From positions 761 through 64,760 of the forward strand of contig JAFRIQ010000036.1 of the NCBI GenBank assembly GCA_017432725.1: 64,000 nt of DNA, in the 5' to 3' direction. The stretch's first letter is position 1. Every line of letters starts with the position of its first letter. Below, in pieces: positions 7,968 through 18,092 of the stretch. The position numbers were made by a program, and so were the translations under genes. Below the pieces are notes generated by a model. That model was not told the DNA's origin and did no database searches. It was given only the letters and a program-made list of their open reading frames with translations. The stretch comes from Bacillota bacterium. GTDB lineage: Bacteria > Bacillota > Clostridia > Peptostreptococcales > Anaerovoracaceae.

Positions 7968-9320
7968 ATGGCAAAAGAAAAAGTCAAAAGAGAAAGGAAG
8001 GGTACGCTGAAGGTTTCGCAGATCATTTTGTACGGCGTATTCGGAATGTTCGTGAATACGTTCTATCTGATGTATCTCACGTATAACAGGATATACTATT
8101 TGACAAACGTCCTTCAGCTCAATGAGACGCTTTCCGCAGTCGTGGCGAGCGCATCCGCGTGGATCAACGTCCTCACGATGATACTCGCAGGACCGCTGAT
8201 CGATAAAGTAAAGTTCAAGAACGGAAAATACCGCAGCTGGACCCTCATCGGAGGTATCCTCATGGTCGTCGCTCTGCCTATGCTCTATACCAACTGGCAC
8301 CTGAGCGGCACTGCAGCGGCGGTGGTATACGTAGTGATGTTTGCGATCCAGTCTATTTCATACAATACTCTGTGGGTCGCTGAAAGAGCTCTCCTCGGAC
8401 CCATGTCCAAGACATCCGAAGACGCGTCGTCCCTCGCTCTTGCATCTCAGCTCGCATCAGTTTTCGGTCTCATAGGATACAGCGTTGTCGATATGATACT
8501 CCAGAAAGTCACAAGCAACACCACTGTTATGGGATTCGTCTACGGCGCTCTCATATGCCTCGGCACGCTGGGTATGTTCAGCATGACCAAGAAATACGAT
8601 GTCAATCTTGAAGCTGCTCCGGTGGCAGACCTGGAAGGCGGCAAGGCTCCGTCCTTCTTTAAAGTCGCTTCCGGCCCGATGATCCCGTTCTGCATCGCAA
8701 TGATAGCTGCGAACTGCCATAACGGATTCTTCACAGCCATCGTAAAATTCTTCTGCGAGTACAGGCTCGGTGACGTGAGCGTGGCTTCCATGGTCGCGAC
8801 TATAACAGGCGTTACCGGACTGATCGGTTCCATAATGGCAAAGATACTTATCGCAAAGATAGGAAAGAAACCGTCGATGTACATATTCACTGCGCTCACC
8901 GCTCTTTGCTACATAGCGATATATTTCGTAAAGGCAAAACCGCTGTTCCTGGCTCTCGTGGCAGGAGTTGGTATATTCAGCGTAGTAGGATCCTTCCTGC
9001 TGGTCATCTTCTCCAACGATATAGCCGACTATGCGGAAATGACTACGGGTATCGACGGAAGAGCCATGATACAGGCGTTCTCAGGCTCCACCATCCGTAT
9101 AGGAGCGGCTCTTGCGACGACGATCGCGTCCTTCTCCCTGGCGGCTCTCGGAAACGGAGAACAGTCCGTATCCCTTCTGACATCTTTCGGACCTGCAGTA
9201 TTCTGCATACTCTCAGTGCTGGCTATGTTCTTCTACAAGCTCGATGACAGCAAGATCGAAGAATTCAGAAAAGAAAAAGCCGAAAGGATAGAGGCGGCCA
9301 ACGCGGCTAAAAACGAATAG
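7968..9320 (+). CDS. MFS transporter, glycoside-pentoside-hexuronide (GPH)-like
   Basis: 450 aa with about 12 TM segments, AGGAGG RBS and GPH-like organisation. Confidence 0.78.
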   Translation: MAKEKVKRERKGTLKVSQIILYGVFGMFVNTFYLMYLTYNRIYYLTNVLQLNETLSAVVASASAWINVLTMILAGPLIDKVKFKNGKYRSWTLIGGILMVVALPMLYTNWHLSGTAAAVVYVVMFAIQSISYNTLWVAERALLGPMSKTSEDASSLALASQLASVFGLIGYSVVDMILQKVTSNTTVMGFVYGALICLGTLGMFSMTKKYDVNLEAAPVADLEGGKAPSFFKVASGPMIPFCIAMIAANCHNGFFTAIVKFFCEYRLGDVSVASMVATITGVTGLIGSIMAKILIAKIGKKPSMYIFTALTALCYIAIYFVKAKPLFLALVAGVGIFSVVGSFLLVIFSNDIADYAEMTTGIDGRAMIQAFSGSTIRIGAALATTIASFSLAALGNGEQSVSLLTSFGPAVFCILSVLAMFFYKLDDSKIEEFRKEKAERIEAANAAKNE

Positions 9321-9373
9321 GGTATTCAGACGTAGAAATATGATCTTCCAAAGATCATCGCGATACCTCTTTA

Positions 9374-9412
9374 AAGAAACGCGGGTTTTTCCTAAGACCC
9401 GCGTTTCTTATT
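9374..9412 (+). terminator. Intrinsic terminator
   Basis: AAGAAACGCGGGT..ACCCGCGTTTCTT followed by a T-rich tail. Confidence 0.6.
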
Positions 9413-9448
9413 GTGTCAAAACATAAAATGTCGTAAAATGCATATATT

Positions 9449-10879
9449 ATGAAGAACATCACGACTTACTATTCCAGCCGCAAAAACGTATTCGTTTGGT
9501 TGGCCGTCCTCTCGAGCCTTGTCTCGTTTGTGACACGTTTTATCGCTTTCGGTGGCGCTGGCTCCGAAGGCTTCTGGGTGATGGTCGTCCGTATGATATT
9601 CCCGCTAGCAGCAAATCTTTTCATCGCAATACGGCTGCCCTGGCGATGCGGAGAAATGTATTACGTGACCGTAGGACCTGCAGTTCTTCTTGCGATCTAT
9701 TTCTTTGCCCGCGTATGCGTGCTCGGCATCAGCGTCGCAATGACCATTACCTGTCTGCTTCTTTGCGTCCTCCAGCTGGGATCCTTTTACTGGACCTACA
9801 CAGGAAGGCTCAATTCCCAAGTCCCGGCATTTATCGTCTGGGCTCTTCCGGCGCTGTTCGTTATGGACCCCGCGTTCATCAGGTATTTTCTCTGGTACTG
9901 GAGGAAAGCCCCCTCGATGATACTTACGGATCTTTGCGCATGGTTTTCGGTGCTTTGCATCATACTTGCATCAAAGCGCATGGCGCCATGGCAGGAAGGG
10001 GATCCATACAGGCGCAGATACGGAGACCGTATGGAAGGAAGAAGGGTCTACGATATAGTGCCCATGTCCAAACTTACGGCGTATTTCATGCCTACAAGGA
10101 TTGGTTCGTCCAACTACGTAAAGGACAGCATCGAGATCAGCAACGTGGAAAGATATATCCACGAAAAGCGCCGTCAGGGACTCAAGCACTTCGGTCTGAC
10201 CCATCTGTTCCTCGCGTCCTATGTCAGGTGCCTTACGGAATATCCGGCTCTCAACCGTTTTATCGCCGGGCAGAAGATATATCACAGATTCGAGATAGTC
10301 TGCAGCATGGTAATAAAGAAGGAGATGAATTCGGCAAGCCCGGATACGACCATCAAGGTTAAATTCGCTCCGACGGACACCGCTGCCGACGTTTATGAAA
10401 AGTTCAACGCGAAGGTGCAGGCCGTCAAGGAGACCCAGGCACTGGATACGGGCTTCGACAAGATAACGGCTCTTTTCGACAAGATCCCGAGCCTCGTGCT
10501 TTCCCTCGTCATATGGCTCCTCAGGATGATGGACTATTTCGGCCTCCTGCCCGTGGAGATACAGGAGCTTTCTCCTTTCCACGCTTCCATGTTCATCACG
10601 TCCATGGGGTCTTTGGGCATACCTCCTATCTATCACCATCTTTATGATTTCGGGACCATGCCCGGTTTCTGCTCTTTCGGCGCAAAGCGTACCGAAAAAC
10701 AATACAATGCGCAGGGAGACCTGGTATCCAGGAAATACATCGATTTCACCTGGGTGACCGATGAAAGGATATGCGACGGATTCTACTATGCGGCGGCTCT
10801 TAAGAAGATCAAGAGCTATCTGCTCCATCCCGAGCTTCTGGACGTTCCTCCCGAAACCGTCAAGGCGGACGTAGATTAA
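9449..10879 (+). CDS. Membrane-anchored protein with a C-terminal 2-oxoacid dehydrogenase acyltransferase (E2/CAT-fold)-like domain
   Basis: The N-terminal ~170 aa are hydrophobic. The C-terminal ~290 aa resemble the stand-alone E2 catalytic-domain proteins of Clostridia. The motif reads DERICDG where E2 enzymes have DHRxxDG. I saw no clear RBS, so the start is uncertain. Confidence 0.6.
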   Translation: MKNITTYYSSRKNVFVWLAVLSSLVSFVTRFIAFGGAGSEGFWVMVVRMIFPLAANLFIAIRLPWRCGEMYYVTVGPAVLLAIYFFARVCVLGISVAMTITCLLLCVLQLGSFYWTYTGRLNSQVPAFIVWALPALFVMDPAFIRYFLWYWRKAPSMILTDLCAWFSVLCIILASKRMAPWQEGDPYRRRYGDRMEGRRVYDIVPMSKLTAYFMPTRIGSSNYVKDSIEISNVERYIHEKRRQGLKHFGLTHLFLASYVRCLTEYPALNRFIAGQKIYHRFEIVCSMVIKKEMNSASPDTTIKVKFAPTDTAADVYEKFNAKVQAVKETQALDTGFDKITALFDKIPSLVLSLVIWLLRMMDYFGLLPVEIQELSPFHASMFITSMGSLGIPPIYHHLYDFGTMPGFCSFGAKRTEKQYNAQGDLVSRKYIDFTWVTDERICDGFYYAAALKKIKSYLLHPELLDVPPETVKADVD

Positions 10880-10934
10880 GAATATAATGCCGGCATTTCC
10901 TGTGCCGGCTTTTGAAAGTATAAAAGGAGACAAG

Positions 10935-12242
10935 ATGAGCATACTGTTCAAAAACGCGGATATCCTTGTAAGAAGGGAAGGAAAGATAGATTTCCTCAGG
11001 AGCGCATACCTCGGTGTTGAAGGCGCGTACATAGACTACGTGTCGGAAAAGGCGCCGGAAAAGAAATATTCCGAGACAAAGGACATGTCCGGGAAACTTC
11101 TCATACCGGGGCTGGTCAACGCCCATACCCATACTCCCATGACGCTTCTTAGGGGAGTGGGTTCAGGGCTTCCTCTCCAGAGATGGCTTTTCGAGAAGGT
11201 CTTTCCCATAGAAGACAAGATGACGGAATCAGACGTTATCATAGGAGCTCAGTTCGCCATATTGGAAATGCTCGCAGGCGGCACCGTATGTTACCAGGAT
11301 ATGTACTGGGACTACAGCGCACTGGCTCCGATGGTCTTGGAAAGCGGGATCAAGGTGAATGCCGGAGCAGTGCTTCAGATGAACGACCCCGGCGCCCAGT
11401 GGGCAAAGGACTTCTTTGAAAGAAGATTCGCAGCAACGGAGAGATTTTTCAAAAATTACAACGATGCCGGAGACGGCCGTATCCATGCGAATATGCAGAT
11501 ACATTCCGAATATCTTACTGTGGACGAAAGCCTCGAGAGATGCTCTGACCTTGCGCACAGATACGGTATGGAAGTCCATACTCATATTTCGGAAACGAGA
11601 CTTGAACACGAGGAATGCATACAGCGCCATAATGAAACGCCCATCGCTCATTTCGAAAGGATGGGGCTGCTCGATACGGGAGCGGTGTGCGCCCACTGCG
11701 TGTGGGTCACAGACGACGACCTGGAAATAATGGCAAGGAAGGGAGCGGCTTTCGTTCATAATCCGACCAGCAATCTGAAACTGGGATCCGGAATAGCTCC
11801 TGTAAAGAGGGCCTTCGAAAAAGGCGTTAACGTGGCTCTTGGTACCGACGGTACTGCAAGCAACAACAACCTCAACATGTTCGAAGAGATGCATATAGCT
11901 TCGCTTCTTCAGAACGGCGCCAACTGTGACGCTCTGGCTCTCAGCCCACAGCAGGCCTTCGATATGGCTACCATAAACGGATACAGAGCTCTTCACAGGG
12001 AAGACTCCGGAGAACTGGCTGAAGGAAAAAGGGCGGATATAGCGGCTCTCGATATGGACAAGCCTCATCTTCTCCCCGATGCAGATACGCTTGCTCTTCT
12101 CGTATACAGCGCTCAGAGTTCGGACGTGTGCATGAGCATGGCAGACGGCAGGATACTTTATGAGAACGGTGAATACAAGACCATCGACGCAGAAAAGTGC
12201 AAAGCTGAATATCTTGCCGCGGCAAAGGTCCTCCTCGCTTAG
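10935..12242 (+). CDS. mtaD: Amidohydrolase, 5-methylthioadenosine/S-adenosylhomocysteine deaminase-like
   Basis: LIPGLVNAHTHTPMTLLRGVGSGLPLQRWL.., HISET.., GTDG matches the MtaD/TRZ-ATZ amidohydrolase pattern. The internal ATG with an AAAGGAGA RBS is preferred over the track start (10887). Confidence 0.8.
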   Translation: MSILFKNADILVRREGKIDFLRSAYLGVEGAYIDYVSEKAPEKKYSETKDMSGKLLIPGLVNAHTHTPMTLLRGVGSGLPLQRWLFEKVFPIEDKMTESDVIIGAQFAILEMLAGGTVCYQDMYWDYSALAPMVLESGIKVNAGAVLQMNDPGAQWAKDFFERRFAATERFFKNYNDAGDGRIHANMQIHSEYLTVDESLERCSDLAHRYGMEVHTHISETRLEHEECIQRHNETPIAHFERMGLLDTGAVCAHCVWVTDDDLEIMARKGAAFVHNPTSNLKLGSGIAPVKRAFEKGVNVALGTDGTASNNNLNMFEEMHIASLLQNGANCDALALSPQQAFDMATINGYRALHREDSGELAEGKRADIAALDMDKPHLLPDADTLALLVYSAQSSDVCMSMADGRILYENGEYKTIDAEKCKAEYLAAAKVLLA

Positions 12243-12368
12243 GTACACATAAGGTGTTGTATATCAGTCCCGCAGATAATATAATAGCGGTGTCGGATGA
12301 TGCCCGCCGCATACCGCGGCCGGATGATTTATGATCATAATACTGTTGAATGTATCAGGAGGTACACT

Positions 12369-12623
12369 ATGGGTTTACTGGACAATGTAAAAGATCTCGG
12401 AAGCAAGGCTCTGGAAAAAGGCAAAGAGGCTGCGGATACAGCTAAGACAAAGCTCCAGATCACGGAAGCGGAAGGAAAGATTAAGGAGATCCTTCTCACA
12501 GTCGCAAGAGACATCCTTGCCAACAAGCCGGAAATACTCGAGGAGAACTATGCTGAACAGTTCGGAAAGATCAAGGAATTCCAGACCAAGATCGAAGAGC
12601 TCAAGGCCACTTTAGTAAAGTAA
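12369..12623 (+). CDS. Hypothetical small coiled-coil protein (84 aa)
   Basis: AGGAGG RBS 6 nt upstream of the ATG. The sequence is Lys/Glu-rich and helical. Confidence 0.55.
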   Translation: MGLLDNVKDLGSKALEKGKEAADTAKTKLQITEAEGKIKEILLTVARDILANKPEILEENYAEQFGKIKEFQTKIEELKATLVK

Positions 12624-12639
12624 AGATTTTTAATGCTAA

Positions 12640-12677
12640 ATATCGGTGCCGACATATATCGGTGCCGATATTTTTTG
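12640..12677 (+). terminator. Intrinsic terminator (long hairpin)
   Basis: ATATCGGTGCCGA-CATATA-TCGGTGCCGATAT followed by TTTTTT. Confidence 0.7.
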
Positions 12678-12737
12678 TTGTATAATATATAAAGTAGTAA
12701 AAAACCACAGCTTTGGCAGCAGGCCGGAGAGAAGGAA

Positions 12738-14393
12738 ATGGAAAGAACTCACTGGTACAGGGACAGAGTGTTTTATCAGATCTGGCCCAGAAGCTTCAAG
12801 GACGGCAACGGCGACGGGATGGGAGATCTCTACGGCGTTCTTGAAAAGCTCGATTATCTTAAATCATTGGGTATCGGGGGCATCTGGTTCTCGCCTCTTT
12901 ACGTAAGTCCGGGAGTGGACTGCGGCTACGATATAGCCGACTATTATCATATAGCTCCCGAGTTCGGAGGAGACGAAGCTTTCGATGAGGTCCTTAAGGC
13001 AGCCCACGAAAGAGATATCAAAGTCATCATGGATCTGGTGGTCAACCACACCAGCACCGAGTGCGAGTGGTTCCAGAAATCCAGGAAACGCATAGAACCC
13101 TATACTGATTACTATATCTGGAGACCCGCAAGACCGGACGGCAAACTCCCGAACAACTGGGATTCCGAATTCGAGGGAGACAGCGCATGGGAATGGGATG
13201 AGGAGAGAGGAGAATATTATCTCCATATCTTCGCCATCAAACAGGCCGATCTCAATATGGACAATCCACTTGTCAGGGAAGAAGTTAAAAAGATCCTGAG
13301 GTACTGGCTGGATAAAGGCGTCGACGGGTTCAGGGAAGACGTCATAACCTACATATCGAAGCCCGAAGGCCTTCCCAACGAGCGACTGCTTCCCGTTCAC
13401 AAGGGCGTCACCCAGTACAATATGGGACCCCATCTTCACGAGTATCTCGAAGAGTTCAAGACGGAGGTCCTGGACGATTACGATCAGGTAACCCTTGCCG
13501 AGGCCACACTCATAAAGCCGAAGAAAGCTCTTTCTCTCATCGGCTACGGTCCTGACAAAGTCATAGATATGGTCATCCAGTTCGAATGCCAGTGCGCGGA
13601 CTGTCTGCTGACCGACTATATACCTCTTCCTTTCTCGCTCAGAAAGATGAAGAGAGCATTCCGGAACTGGCAGGTAAAACTCTACGGAAAAGGCTGGAAC
13701 ATGCTTTACATAGAGAATCACGATCATCCGAGGATGGTCTCCAGATACGGTTCGGAGAAATTCCACGACGAAAGCGCAAAGACTCTCTGCGCCATGTATA
13801 TGTTCCTTCAGGGAACGCCCTTCGTTTATCAGGGCCAGGAAATAGGCATGATAAACTGGCATCCTGAAAACGAGGATATGTACGAAGACGTTCAGACAAG
13901 GAACCACAGGACTCATCTGCCGACAAAAAGAAGGCTCAGACTTCTCTGGAGAGCGTCGAGGGATTCGGCGAGGACTCCCGTGCAGTGGACTTCCGGGAAG
14001 AACGCGGGTTTCTCCGAGGTTGAACCCTGGTTTTACGTCAATGACAGGGCAAAGGATATAAACGTGGAGGATCAGGAGAAAGATCCCGCATCCGTTCTTA
14101 ATTTTTACAGGAAAGCCATAGAACTGAGGAAATCCATACCTGTCGTGAAAGACGGGATGTATACGGAATATATGAAGGGTTCCGGAAGCTTTTACGTGTA
14201 TTCGAGAGACGATGAAAAGCAGAGCCTTCTCGTGATGTGTTCCTTCAAGGGGCACAGCAGAAATCTGAAGGTGCCGGCTAAGTTCGACCTTGGGAAAGGC
14301 AAACTCATTCTCAGCAATTACGATGTACAGGACTCGGGGCGCGTCATAAAGATGCGGCCGTATGAGGTTAGGGTATATCTTTTTGATCTATAG
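12738..14393 (+). CDS. GH13 alpha-glucosidase / oligo-1,6-glucosidase-like
   Basis: WYRDRVFYQIWPRSFKDGNGDGMGDL..GIWFSPLY..DLVVNHTS..GFREDV is the canonical GH13 subfamily-31-type signature. Confidence 0.9.
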   Translation: MERTHWYRDRVFYQIWPRSFKDGNGDGMGDLYGVLEKLDYLKSLGIGGIWFSPLYVSPGVDCGYDIADYYHIAPEFGGDEAFDEVLKAAHERDIKVIMDLVVNHTSTECEWFQKSRKRIEPYTDYYIWRPARPDGKLPNNWDSEFEGDSAWEWDEERGEYYLHIFAIKQADLNMDNPLVREEVKKILRYWLDKGVDGFREDVITYISKPEGLPNERLLPVHKGVTQYNMGPHLHEYLEEFKTEVLDDYDQVTLAEATLIKPKKALSLIGYGPDKVIDMVIQFECQCADCLLTDYIPLPFSLRKMKRAFRNWQVKLYGKGWNMLYIENHDHPRMVSRYGSEKFHDESAKTLCAMYMFLQGTPFVYQGQEIGMINWHPENEDMYEDVQTRNHRTHLPTKRRLRLLWRASRDSARTPVQWTSGKNAGFSEVEPWFYVNDRAKDINVEDQEKDPASVLNFYRKAIELRKSIPVVKDGMYTEYMKGSGSFYVYSRDDEKQSLLVMCSFKGHSRNLKVPAKFDLGKGKLILSNYDVQDSGRVIKMRPYEVRVYLFDL

Positions 14394-14427
14394 ACGGAAT
14401 ATACAGCGCAGGCGGAAAGGGCATATT

Positions 14428-15825
14428 ATGGAAGTCAATAAGCTTGAGACAGTATCATTTGGCGGAGGCCACAGTTTCCCCGAAGACTACGGTGTGAAAA
14501 TGGAATACAAACTGCCGGAGGGTTTCCTTCTGGGAGTGTCCTATTCGGCTGATCAGACCGAAGGCGGAGACGTAGACAGCAGCTGGAACGACTGGTACAG
14601 AAAAGGGTATATAAAGGACGGGAGCGATCCTGCAAAGGCAACGGATCACTGGAACCGCTGGAAAGAAGACGCTGACCTTATGAAGGAACTGGGCGTGAAA
14701 GTATGCCGTATGGGGCTTCAGTGGGCCAGGATAGAGCCGAAAGAAGGGGAATTCGATGAAAAGGTCATAGACCGCTACAGAGAGGAGATAGAATATATCA
14801 AGTCTCTGGGTATCAGACCCCTGGTCACCCTTCATCATTTCGGAAATCCAATGTGGTTCGAGGAAAAGGGAGGATTCCTTAAAGATGAGAACCTGGATCT
14901 TTTCCTGGACTACGGAAAATATATGGCGGAGCGGCTCGGCGATATAGTGTCAGAATGGCTGACTATAAACGAACCCAGCGTATACGCTTTCAGAGGATAC
15001 TTGGGATATGACTGTCCGCCCGGACACAATTCGAAAGAAGAGTATCTTACGGTCCTTTCGAATCTCTGTTACTGTCACGTGGTCCTTTACCAGGCAATAC
15101 ATATCCAGAGAGAAGAACTTGGCTACACGGACACCATGGTCAGCGTGCCGAATCATCTCAGAGTGTTCGAACCCAAGAATCCTTCCAACCCTTATCACAG
15201 ACTGTGCTGCAATATCGTGGAGAAGACCTTCCAGACCGCAGCTCAGAAAGCCCTTCTGAGAGGAGAGTATACATGGCCGCTTAAAAACCGCCACAAGGTG
15301 CAGAGAGGCGAATTCGCCGACTTCATTGCGGTCAACTACTATGCGCGTTCCGAGATATCTTCCATGGGCGACGGGGTAAAGGAAGACTGCTATAAAAACG
15401 ACCTGGGCTGGGAGATATATCCCAAAGGCATAGTGGAGGTCTCCAGGGAGGCCTATGAAATACTTAAAAGGCCGATCTGGATAACAGAGAACGGGACCTG
15501 CGACAACGCGGGCATATTCAGGAACAGATATATAGCGGAGCATCTCGAGGAGATAGCCAAGAGCGATCTACCCATCGAAAGATATTATCACTGGTGCTTC
15601 TGCGATAATTTCGAGTGGCTCGAGGGTATGAGCGCAAAGTTCGGTCTCGTGAAAGTGGATCCCGTCACCATGGAGAGGACTCCCAAAGCGGCATTCGACT
15701 TCTACAAGATGCTCATAGAGAAGCACGGCGTAGATAAAGACGTTTACAACATGTATATAAAGAATCAGCATTATTTAAAGAGAAAGGTCATATTCGGCGC
15801 AGAGAATGGTACAGATAAGCAGTAA
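14428..15825 (+). CDS. GH1 beta-glucosidase/beta-galactosidase-family enzyme
   Basis: Both GH1 catalytic motifs are present (LTINEP and ITENG). I chose the internal ATG; the track ORF starts at 14362, inside the GH13 gene. Confidence 0.87.
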   Translation: MEVNKLETVSFGGGHSFPEDYGVKMEYKLPEGFLLGVSYSADQTEGGDVDSSWNDWYRKGYIKDGSDPAKATDHWNRWKEDADLMKELGVKVCRMGLQWARIEPKEGEFDEKVIDRYREEIEYIKSLGIRPLVTLHHFGNPMWFEEKGGFLKDENLDLFLDYGKYMAERLGDIVSEWLTINEPSVYAFRGYLGYDCPPGHNSKEEYLTVLSNLCYCHVVLYQAIHIQREELGYTDTMVSVPNHLRVFEPKNPSNPYHRLCCNIVEKTFQTAAQKALLRGEYTWPLKNRHKVQRGEFADFIAVNYYARSEISSMGDGVKEDCYKNDLGWEIYPKGIVEVSREAYEILKRPIWITENGTCDNAGIFRNRYIAEHLEEIAKSDLPIERYYHWCFCDNFEWLEGMSAKFGLVKVDPVTMERTPKAAFDFYKMLIEKHGVDKDVYNMYIKNQHYLKRKVIFGAENGTDKQ

Positions 15826-18082
15826 CAGAATATTCATATCGAATGAAGTTTTTTCCCTCATACTGAAAGTAGACGCTTACGGGAAAGTAGAAGTGACCCA
15901 CTTCGGGCGCGTTGTAGATCCTAATGATGCGGAAGCCCTTATGGTGGATCCCGTCCTGGGATGGGGAAACAGCATACTTTATGAGGAAGGAGATACGGCA
16001 TCCTGCCTTGAAAGGCTTCCCCTTTTCTACAGCGAACAGGGAAGGGGCGATTTCAGGGAAAGTCCTTTGGAACTGCTCAAAGATGGAAAACCGTTCACAG
16101 CTGATTTCATATTTGCAGGGGCAGAAGAACTGGAAGGAGAACAGAAGAGCCTCTCCGGACTTCCTTTTGCAAAAGATCCGCTGACTACGGTCAGGATAGA
16201 TATGAAGAGCATCGCCGGTGAACTTAAACTCAGCCACTATATCTCGGTCTTCGAGACAGCAGTAGCCATAAGGACCGTGCTAGAAAACGAAGGGGGAGAC
16301 GTGACGGTCACCAAGATAGGAAGTTTTTCCGTCGACGTATTCGGAACCTATGACATGCATTCTTTCGGCGGAGGCTGGATAGCGGAAGGCCACAGGAGCG
16401 TAGCCAGGATAGATCAGGCCAGGGTGGTCAATGAGAGCACCTACGGTTTTTCCAGCGCCGTGAGGAATCCGGGGGTCATGATAGCGGAGACAGGCTCTAC
16501 TGAAGACTCCGGCTGCGTCTACGGAGTTAACTACGTATATTCCGGAAACCATTACACCTCCGCCCAGAGAAGTCCCCAGGGCTTCACAAGGATAGTGGGA
16601 GGGATCAGCCCCGACAGTTTCAGGAAAGTGCTTTCCACCGGTGAATACTTTGAAACGCCCCAGGCGGTACTGACGTTCTCAGATTGCGGTTTCAACGGGA
16701 TGTCTGCGAACATGCACCGTTTCGTAATAGACCATATAGTGCCGAAGTACTGGGCAAACAGGAGCAGACCCATAGTGTACAACAGTTGGGAAGGCAGCGG
16801 CTTTGACTTTACGGAAGGAAAGCTCGTTTCTCTGGCAAAGAAAGCTGCAGCTCTTGGATGCGAGACCTTCGTTCTCGACGACGGATGGTTCGGAAAGAGG
16901 AACGACGACCATGCGGGCCTGGGAGATTACAATGTGAACAGGAAGAAGCTTCCGGGAGGGGTAAAGCGCCTTGCTCAGAAGGTGAGGGCTGCAGGCCTTG
17001 ATTTCGGTCTCTGGTTCGAACCTGAAGGAGTCAATCCGGATTCCGATCTTTACAGAAAACATCCGGAATGGGCTATGCACCAGGAGGGTCTCAAGGATCT
17101 GTACGGAAGGAATCAGCTGCTTCTGGATCTCCGTATTCCCGAAGTAAGAGACTATATCGTGGAAAACGTCGGCGAGATCATAGACAGTGCGGAGGTGTCC
17201 TTCGTCAAATGGGATATGAACAGGCAGAGCAGCCTGAGAGGACTGGAAGCCCACGAATATATACTCGGTCTTTACGACGTTTTAAGGCGCATATTCAAAG
17301 TTCGTCCCCACGTGCTTCTTGAAAGTTGCAGTTCCGGAGGAAACAGGTTCGATCTGGGAATGTTCTCCTTCGGACCCCAGGCATGGACCAGCGACGATAC
17401 GGATCCCGTGGAAAGGCTGGATATACAGGAAGGTATGTCCTATATGTATCCTCAGAGCTGCATAAGCGCACACGTTTCGGCAAGTCCCCATGCGCAGACT
17501 CTGAGATCGACCCCCATAAATATGAGGTTCAACGTATCGGCTTTCGGGCTCCTGGGCTACGAACTCAATCTCAATTACATAGTCCCGACGGAGGACAAGG
17601 CTATCAAGGAACAGATGGATTTCTACAAGGCTCACAGACGGACTCTTCAGTTCGGAACTTTCAGAAGGATAAAGTCTGATGAATGCACGGTGATGTGGCA
17701 GGTGAGTGGAAAAGGCGAATATATACTGGGCCTTTTCCACAGACTCATCCATGCGGCTCCCGGATACGAATATATAAAGGCATACGTACCGGAAGGACGT
17801 TATTCAGTGAAGAGCAGGCTGCAGACCCTCAGAGTGGGTTCCTTCGGGCCTCTTCTCAAGCACGTTACTCCCGTGGAATTCAATCCCAACGGAAGGGTAG
17901 TAGATATAGCGGACAAGAATTACAGGATGGAGGATGCTGTTTTCAAGGCGGAATGCTCTTCGGATGCGCTCAGGTCAGGAATACCCATCATGAATCTGTT
18001 CACAGGTACAGGTTATTCCGACAAGATACGTGCTCAGAAGGATTTCGGTTCTAATTTATTCGTTATCAAGGAAAAGAAATAG
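15806..18082 (+). CDS. GH36 alpha-galactosidase
   Basis: 758 aa. NSWEG..FVLDDGWFGKRNDD..GLWFEPE..KWDMNR are GH36 (AgaA/RafA-type) motifs. It overlaps the GH1 3' end by 20 nt. Confidence 0.9.
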   Translation: MVQISSNRIFISNEVFSLILKVDAYGKVEVTHFGRVVDPNDAEALMVDPVLGWGNSILYEEGDTASCLERLPLFYSEQGRGDFRESPLELLKDGKPFTADFIFAGAEELEGEQKSLSGLPFAKDPLTTVRIDMKSIAGELKLSHYISVFETAVAIRTVLENEGGDVTVTKIGSFSVDVFGTYDMHSFGGGWIAEGHRSVARIDQARVVNESTYGFSSAVRNPGVMIAETGSTEDSGCVYGVNYVYSGNHYTSAQRSPQGFTRIVGGISPDSFRKVLSTGEYFETPQAVLTFSDCGFNGMSANMHRFVIDHIVPKYWANRSRPIVYNSWEGSGFDFTEGKLVSLAKKAAALGCETFVLDDGWFGKRNDDHAGLGDYNVNRKKLPGGVKRLAQKVRAAGLDFGLWFEPEGVNPDSDLYRKHPEWAMHQEGLKDLYGRNQLLLDLRIPEVRDYIVENVGEIIDSAEVSFVKWDMNRQSSLRGLEAHEYILGLYDVLRRIFKVRPHVLLESCSSGGNRFDLGMFSFGPQAWTSDDTDPVERLDIQEGMSYMYPQSCISAHVSASPHAQTLRSTPINMRFNVSAFGLLGYELNLNYIVPTEDKAIKEQMDFYKAHRRTLQFGTFRRIKSDECTVMWQVSGKGEYILGLFHRLIHAAPGYEYIKAYVPEGRYSVKSRLQTLRVGSFGPLLKHVTPVEFNPNGRVVDIADKNYRMEDAVFKAECSSDALRSGIPIMNLFTGTGYSDKIRAQKDFGSNLFVIKEKK

Positions 18083-18092
18083 AGGATAGTTT

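Noticed and set aside
12640-12677. Direct repeat ATATCGGTGCCGA x2, considered as a possible repeat, CRISPR or operator feature.
   Set aside because: - Each unit is itself partly palindromic.
- The two units together form one long hairpin followed by a T-run.
- The simplest reading is an intrinsic terminator after the small ORF.
12864-14255. Long antisense ORFs opposite well-supported genes. Examples: 12864-14255(-), 9971-11032(-), 11229-12248(-), 41098-42303(-), 41733-42659(-), 50400-51608(-), 53432-54838(-), 35883-36845(-), 43842-44714(-), 21002-21781(+).
   Set aside because: - Each lies entirely within, and opposite to, a gene with clear family motifs (GH13, amidohydrolase, GroEL-like, ABC, PFOR, CpaF-like, VWA, ABC ATPase).
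- Their translations are low-complexity and Arg/Ser/His-rich, with no recognisable motifs and no RBS.
- These are typical shadow ORFs.
12738-18082. The GH13-GH1-GH36 cluster as a novel polysaccharide-utilisation system.
   Set aside because: - All three enzymes carry standard catalytic motifs of well-known families.
- The cluster is an ordinary oligosaccharide (alpha-glucoside, beta-glucoside, raffinose-type) catabolic set.
- The absence of an adjacent transporter or regulator is not unusual.
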